Positions 58,689 to 64,000 of a DNA stretch of 64,000 nt are shown here, piece after piece. The stretch lies in the IMG/VR virus record IMGVR_UViG_3300023184_000027, positions 124,001 through 188,000 of that record. One strand, 5' to 3'. Numbering within the stretch: position 1 is the first letter of the stretch; every line of letters starts with the position of its first letter. A program made the translations under genes and the position numbers. The notes under the pieces are model-generated. The model was not told where the DNA came from, made no database searches, and was given only the letters and a program-made list of their open reading frames with translations.

Positions 58689-60731
58689 TTAATCTCTTAT
58701 TAATCTTATTGATAACCCAGCCTTTTTATTCCAACCATCATTACTCGATACTTGTCTAACAGTAAGGGATGGTGAATCATAACTTATTTCAATTATACCG
58801 CCATGAGGACCAAAAGGTCCGACATCACTACCGTTTGATGACCACCAATAACCTATCCGATTTAAGTTGGTGAATGCGTTCTGACCATAGTTAAAACCTT
58901 TATAAGTCCACGCAACATTTCTGAAACCACCTGGTAAAGCCGTGAAACCAGTATCATTAGTAGCACCTGAATTAGGTGATAACCAGTGAGTTGTTCCTGT
59001 TTCTTTTAGTTTACCACCGGCGGTTCCACCTAAAGCATTTTTTAACATAGACCAGTCGTAGTCTGTGGGTATTTTCCAACCTGTTGGTGCTAACCCTCTT
59101 TTGTCGTTCACAGCGTACCAATTATATAAATATCCGTATGTATTACGATTGGACGGGTCATTGTTATAATAACAATAAGCACCTGTAGTTAATTTTGCCC
59201 AATCTGTTGCACTCGTTACAAGTGGGATTGGGTCTCCATTAATATAATGGTCAACCTCTAAATTTTTAGAAGACCAAATTTTGTTGTAATTTGTTCCTTT
59301 AATAATTGTAGTATCTGGAATACCGCTTGATTCTGAACCATTACATTCAAGAATATTAGAACTACAATATGATTTATCTATAATCAAACCGTTGAGTACT
59401 TCATATATAACAGAATACTGTGAATAATTACCATTAATTATTTGTGAATAATAACCATTTGGGGATATAGGTGGTGATAATTTTGTTTTAGTTTTTATGG
59501 TTGAATAATAATAGTCATAACCACCATTACAAATCAGTCCACTCGTGGATTTTTCAAATAGTGTCTCGGTGGATACTGTAAATGAAATGGTTTGCAAACC
59601 TTCGGATATATATTTTAATTGATAAACATCATCAAAATTATTAGAGTTTTTTGCAACCCTTAATATCTCAATATTGTAATTTCCAGTAATATTGTTAAAT
59701 GATTTGATTTTTTCACCGTTTTTATATAAATAAAAAGAATAACTCATGGTTGAAACTGATGGTTCACACTTAAGACTTATAATTTTTGTACCAAGCCACC
59801 TGTCACATCCGATACTACTACTATAATTGGAGACATATACTTCTTTAAAAGTTCCGCCGCCAGATGATACCATTGTGGATGTACTGAACTCCCAACCAAC
59901 TCGGATTGCCTTGTCTGGCGGTAAAAATATCATTATTGATTGTAATTTTGGGCTACCATACCAAAATGAATTAACTGTGAGACCATTATTAATATACAGA
60001 TTATCCCTATTATCAAAATACACTGTTTTTTGTTCGTCGCACGATGAACATAATTTATCCTTGTCAATATTAAAACAAAACTCAGAAGTTTGATATGAAC
60101 AATCCTTATAAAATAACGCATACAAAGTTGTTCCATCCTTTATCTGAGCATTAATTGACTCATCGCTTTCACTTCCCCGACGACCTGGTTCATTTACTCT
60201 CCATTTTTCATTTGTCCACCCATAAAACGACGAACCAAATGCGGGTATAGCAGTTATGTTAACCTTAGTATTTTCTTTACTAATTTTAGTTATTGTGGTT
60301 GCGGTAATTGTTCCATCGGTAACTAAACCGGAAGAACAAGGAGTTTGGGGTGAAGCAACGAAAACCGTTGTGGCGGTATATGGATTAACCTGAGTTATAA
60401 CAATTCCAACATCGCACGGAATTTCAACAGGTGCGGATATAGATGTAGTAGGACAAACCTTATCAAATAATGCATACAAAGTAACACCATCGTATATTTG
60501 TAACCTAAATGATTTATCCTGTTCCGCACCACGAATACCTGAATACCCACCTCTCCATTGTTCAGGTGTCCACCCATTAAAGTTTGAACCATTTTTAGTT
60601 ATTGCCGTTATCTGAACCCTTTGACCCTGTTTACCTGATATATATATTGTGGTACCAGTATTTCCTTGGGCAGCAATTTCACCATAAGCACAAGAAGATT
60701 GGAATAAAGCTTTGAGAACCATTGTTGCCAT
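58689..60731 (-). CDS. Fibre/surface protein: two InlB-B/Flg_new-like repeats + C-terminal FISUMP domain
   Basis: V.ITA...GS.F.GW...TLYALF occurs twice; intact FISUMP (WSSKNL...YGYLYNWYAV...LAPTGWKIPT...GFTALPGG...GYWWSS...GLSIRLIRD). Confidence 0.82.
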   Translation of the reverse strand: MATMVLKALFQSSCAYGEIAAQGNTGTTIYISGKQGQRVQITAITKNGSNFNGWTPEQWRGGYSGIRGAEQDKSFRLQIYDGVTLYALFDKVCPTTSISAPVEIPCDVGIVITQVNPYTATTVFVASPQTPCSSGLVTDGTITATTITKISKENTKVNITAIPAFGSSFYGWTNEKWRVNEPGRRGSESDESINAQIKDGTTLYALFYKDCSYQTSEFCFNIDKDKLCSSCDEQKTVYFDNRDNLYINNGLTVNSFWYGSPKLQSIMIFLPPDKAIRVGWEFSTSTMVSSGGGTFKEVYVSNYSSSIGCDRWLGTKIISLKCEPSVSTMSYSFYLYKNGEKIKSFNNITGNYNIEILRVAKNSNNFDDVYQLKYISEGLQTISFTVSTETLFEKSTSGLICNGGYDYYYSTIKTKTKLSPPISPNGYYSQIINGNYSQYSVIYEVLNGLIIDKSYCSSNILECNGSESSGIPDTTIIKGTNYNKIWSSKNLEVDHYINGDPIPLVTSATDWAKLTTGAYCYYNNDPSNRNTYGYLYNWYAVNDKRGLAPTGWKIPTDYDWSMLKNALGGTAGGKLKETGTTHWLSPNSGATNDTGFTALPGGFRNVAWTYKGFNYGQNAFTNLNRIGYWWSSNGSDVGPFGPHGGIIEISYDSPSLTVRQVSSNDGWNKKAGLSIRLIRD

Positions 60732-60802
60732 TTGTAATCTTTTTATTAATTTTTATTGTTAATCTTATCTTATTATATATATCCATAAATTACACATATT
60801 CT

Positions 60803-61921
60803 TTAACATTGTACCGCAATATGAGTTCTAGTAAAAAGATAAGAATCTAAAACACTATTATCTGTTGCGTCTTTAATATCAAGACGTATATTACTTGTAT
60901 ATGTGTTAGTTCCCGTTCCCATATATCTAAATGCCGCAATTCCAAAATTATATTTTTTACTATTTCCAGCAGATATTGAATTATTTGAAAGATTACTAAA
61001 CACTTTAGTAACTCCTGTCCCACCAGGAAGGGTGGTAGTATATGCTGCTCCTCCCGTAAATATAGATGTAATATCCACTTTTATATTTATTGACGTATTA
61101 ACCGTAACGGTAACACTATTCCAACATTCCGGGAAATTTTCAAAATCGTTAACAACTGTTAAAGATGTTAAAAGATGTGTTGGTGTAGGTGTTTTTGTCG
61201 GTGTAGGTGTTTTTGTAGGAGTTAATGACTGTGTGGGGGTTATTGTTGGGGTTAATGTTGGAGTATTTGTTGGGGTTTCCATCGGAGACGCCCCTGGCGT
61301 TCCAGTAACAGTTGATGTTACAGTCGTTGTTGGTGTTTGAGTTGGAGTTGTCGTTGGTGTTTGAGTTAATGTCATCGTAGGTGTTATTGTTGGTGTAGAT
61401 GTGTTAGTGATTGTTGGTGTTTGAGTATTTGTTGGTGTTGGAGATATTTCGATTGTTTGACAACTATTATTAACACAAACATCTGTAATTGAAATGTTCA
61501 CATTTTCATCCGCAAATGGCAATCTACCACAAACATAAAATGTTGTTGATTGAGGGATTATACCAGTAAACATAGTTCCATTACATTGAGTATATCCAAA
61601 ATTTAAATTACCTATCCCAACATTAATAAACGCAATACAATTACATGAAATGTTTGTTGGAGTTATTGTTGGTGTTTGTGTTAATGTTGGTGTTGGTGTA
61701 GGGGTAAAACAATTAATATAATTCATTGTTTCACATCCTTTACTATCAGTTATAACTACTAATAATTGGTTAACTCCATTTAGTTGTGTTGGAGGTGTTA
61801 TTGTTATAGGTGCTGAAGTCACACCACTAATTACAAAATAACAATAAGTGTATGTCATATCACATACTGTGATAATAAAGGGTGGATGCCCCACTAAACT
61901 AGTGATTTCTATTGACTGCAT
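60803..61921 (-). CDS. Cys-rich protein with long Pro-Thr (mucin-like) tracts
   Basis: Two (TP)n tracts separate small Cys-containing beta domains; TATTTAT motif just upstream. Confidence 0.75.
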   Translation of the reverse strand: MQSIEITSLVGHPPFIITVCDMTYTYCYFVISGVTSAPITITPPTQLNGVNQLLVVITDSKGCETMNYINCFTPTPTPTLTQTPTITPTNISCNCIAFINVGIGNLNFGYTQCNGTMFTGIIPQSTTFYVCGRLPFADENVNISITDVCVNNSCQTIEISPTPTNTQTPTITNTSTPTITPTMTLTQTPTTTPTQTPTTTVTSTVTGTPGASPMETPTNTPTLTPTITPTQSLTPTKTPTPTKTPTPTHLLTSLTVVNDFENFPECWNSVTVTVNTSINIKVDITSIFTGGAAYTTTLPGGTGVTKVFSNLSNNSISAGNSKKYNFGIAAFRYMGTGTNTYTSNIRLDIKDATDNSVLDSYLFTRTHIAVQC

Positions 61922-61965
61922 ATTGATAAATATAATTACAACTCATTTTAATTAAATTGTTTTTC

Positions 61966-61993
61966 TTGACAAACATATTCGTTTTATTATTTT
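61966..61993 (+). promoter_or_regulatory. Possible sigma70-like promoter of the GT4 gene
   Basis: TTGACA at 61966-61971; weak -10 TATTTT after 16 nt. Confidence 0.35.
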
Positions 61994-62000
61994 TATGTCT

Positions 62001-64000
62001 ATGAAAAAAGTTTTAATTATAACACCCCATTTAAGTACAGGTGGTGCACCTCAAGTCACCCTTAATAAAATAAAGTTATTAAAAGACGATTACATTATTA
62101 AATGTGTCGAATATTCTTTGGTTGCTTGGAACTATGTAGTCCAACGAAATCAAATTGAAAATATGTTATTAGATAATTTCCACCCATTAGGAGATAATAA
62201 ATCTGAACTTATTAATATTTTAAAAGATTTTAATCCTGATGTTGTTAGTATGGAAGAATTTCCTGAATTCTTTATGGATGATGAAATAACAAAAGAAATA
62301 TATAAGGAAGACCGTAGATACACTATTTTTGAAACTACCCACGATTCTAGCTTTCCTGTAACATCAAAGAGATACTTTCCAGATAAGTTTATATTTGTAA
62401 GCGCGTTTAACGCGTTCAGATATTCTATCTTTGATATTCCATATGAAATAATTGAATATCCTGTGGATGTTAAAATAAAAAATCAAAAAGAGAATCAGGA
62501 GAAATTAGATTTAAGTTCTGATTGGAAACATGTTGTTAATGTTGGTTTATTCACCTCAAGAAAAAATCAAAAATATCTTTTTGAGATTGCCGAATACTTA
62601 AAGAATTATAAAATTAAATTTCATTTTATTGGGAATCAAGCGGACAACTTTAAAGATTATTGGGAACCTTTAATAACTAACAAACCTAAAAACGCCATTA
62701 TTTGGGGTGAGAGAAATGATGTGGATAGTTTTATTCAAGCATCCGATGTATTTTTCTTTTCATCAAAAGGTGACCGAAATAATAAGGAGTTAAACCCTAT
62801 CGCAATTAAAGAAGCTTTAGAGTATAGAATACCTATGATGATGTATAATTTGGAAGTTTATTGTGATAAGTATAGTAACGAAGAATTTATAACATTTTTA
62901 ACAGGTGATTTAAAAATAGATTCGGAAAATTTATTAAATATTTTGGGTGTTGAGATTGATAAAGAATTAACATCTCATATTAATGATGATGAAGTCATTA
63001 TCATTAGTACTTATCCCGACACTATTAAACGCAAAAATCTAACGATTGAATGTATAGAAAGTTTTAAAAAATTAGGTAGAAAAATTATATTAGTTTCTCA
63101 TTATCCGGTACCAAATGAGATACAAGAAATGGCAGACTATTATATTTTTGATTCAAATAATTTATTGATTCCTCATTCATATTACACCCATTTTTATCAT
63201 AATACGGACCAATATAATGCTCAAATAAATATCAATGGGTTGTCAAAATCAAATCAATCATTAGCTGCTCATATTAATTTTATGAATGGTGCAAAATTCG
63301 CTAAAGTTATTGGAGCGACAAAATTTATGATAATAACTTATGATGTTACCTTAAACGAATTAGACATTCCTTTAATTGAAGAATATTTTAATAAATTAAC
63401 AAATTGGAATTGTTGTTTATCTTACATGGATAATGGTGTTGAAACAACCTCTATGGTGTTTAAAACTAGTTATTTTCTAAATACTTTTTTAGATATTAAT
63501 GATGAAGAAACATTTAATAATCATTGTTCTGAATTAAAGTGTCATAATTTTTTAGAAAATTACTATATGAAAATTTTAGAAGGTAAAGAAAACCTTTGGA
63601 TTGAACATAATAATAAAAAAACAATTTTACCAAATTCAGGTTTGGGGGTATCATCTAATTCTGAATATTATTCAATTTTACCTGTTAATGACACCAAAAA
63701 TAGGTGGGTGTTTTATTTTTACACATATAATATTGACAATCGCAGATTGGAATTATCAATTAATAAATCGGGTAAAAACATCTTTAACGATTCAATCATT
63801 ATCTCTGAACATACATTAATTGCTGGTTCAAATAGGGCAAAGTATTTTAAGTACATTGATTATAATGGAAACCCTATGGAGATTACCATTTCATTTTATG
63901 ATGAAGATAATTTACATAAAACAGAAACTTATGAATTAAACAATACAACAATTCACCAATATTATGACAATGGGTTCTTTAATGAAATAAATAAAACAGA
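62001..64000 (+). CDS. Multidomain glycosyltransferase: GT4 (GT-B) domain + second GT-A-like domain (runs off window end)
   Basis: Not in the ORF track. MKKVLIITPHLSTGGAPQ...NVGLFTSRKNQ...WGERNDVDSFIQASDVF...ELNPIAIKEAL, then IIISTYP...IILVSHYP...YYIFD; frame stays open to 64000. Alternative ATG at 61995. Confidence 0.85.
   Translation, partial: MKKVLIITPHLSTGGAPQVTLNKIKLLKDDYIIKCVEYSLVAWNYVVQRNQIENMLLDNFHPLGDNKSELINILKDFNPDVVSMEEFPEFFMDDEITKEIYKEDRRYTIFETTHDSSFPVTSKRYFPDKFIFVSAFNAFRYSIFDIPYEIIEYPVDVKIKNQKENQEKLDLSSDWKHVVNVGLFTSRKNQKYLFEIAEYLKNYKIKFHFIGNQADNFKDYWEPLITNKPKNAIIWGERNDVDSFIQASDVFFFSSKGDRNNKELNPIAIKEALEYRIPMMMYNLEVYCDKYSNEEFITFLTGDLKIDSENLLNILGVEIDKELTSHINDDEVIIISTYPDTIKRKNLTIECIESFKKLGRKIILVSHYPVPNEIQEMADYYIFDSNNLLIPHSYYTHFYHNTDQYNAQININGLSKSNQSLAAHINFMNGAKFAKVIGATKFMIITYDVTLNELDIPLIEEYFNKLTNWNCCLSYMDNGVETTSMVFKTSYFLNTFLDINDEETFNNHCSELKCHNFLENYYMKILEGKENLWIEHNNKKTILPNSGLGVSSNSEYYSILPVNDTKNRWVFYFYTYNIDNRRLELSINKSGKNIFNDSIIISEHTLIAGSNRAKYFKYIDYNGNPMEITISFYDEDNLHKTETYELNNTTIHQYYDNGFFNEINKT

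Noticed and set aside
50636-60731. Diversity-generating retroelement targeting the FISUMP domains
   Set aside because: No reverse transcriptase and no template/variable repeat pair with adenine-specific mismatches is visible in the window; a DGR elsewhere cannot be excluded.
1782-63819. Numerous 60-130 aa ORFs nested in or antisense to long genes (e.g. 1782-2024, 3371-3592, 6783-6995, 35128-35403, 55071-55460, 63601-63819)
   Set aside because: They overlap well-supported genes almost entirely and show no motifs; expected by chance.
1-64000. Stop-codon reassignment as seen in some large phages
   Set aside because: Genes are full-length and tightly packed in the standard code, and TAG terminates genes at 186, 1670 and 11643.
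1-64000. tRNA, rRNA or large ncRNA genes
   Set aside because: Intergenic gaps are all short and AT-rich; no cloverleaf or T-loop signatures were seen.

Overview
This window is a gene-dense, very AT-rich segment of a large myovirus-type bacteriophage (T4-like replication and contractile-tail gene families), read in the standard genetic code. It contains: (i) a replication/recombination block (DnaB-like helicase 5' end, FEN/RNase H-type 5'-3' exonuclease, HNH endonuclease, RecA/UvsX, gp32-like SSB, SNF2 helicase, family-B DNA polymerase); (ii) a tail/neck block (baseplate hub, LysM/gp53-like wedge, tube-initiator-like protein with an OmpA-like insert, tape measure, tail-assembly chaperone, tube, enlarged sheath, tail terminator, neck proteins); and (iii) a ~28 kb surface-decoration island. 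In that island, large modular proteins (BspA/DUF285 LRR, FN3-like, FISUMP, DUF5977-like), four of them with mucin-like Pro-Thr tracts, surround a cluster of glycosyl- and methyltransferases headed by a GT60-type polypeptide GlcNAc transferase. The best candidate for an undescribed system is phage-encoded mucin-type O-glycosylation of virion fibres. Other highlights are a probable +1 ribosomal frameshift (UUU_UUU_CGG) in the tail chaperone, three tandem genes joined by an identical 23-nt sequence encoding 'MKILITE', a Mn-type SOD fused to a nuclease-like domain, a recurrent TATTTAT upstream motif, and a small RHH regulator with a triple TCTACCT operator. All family calls come from motif recognition by eye; no database searches were run.
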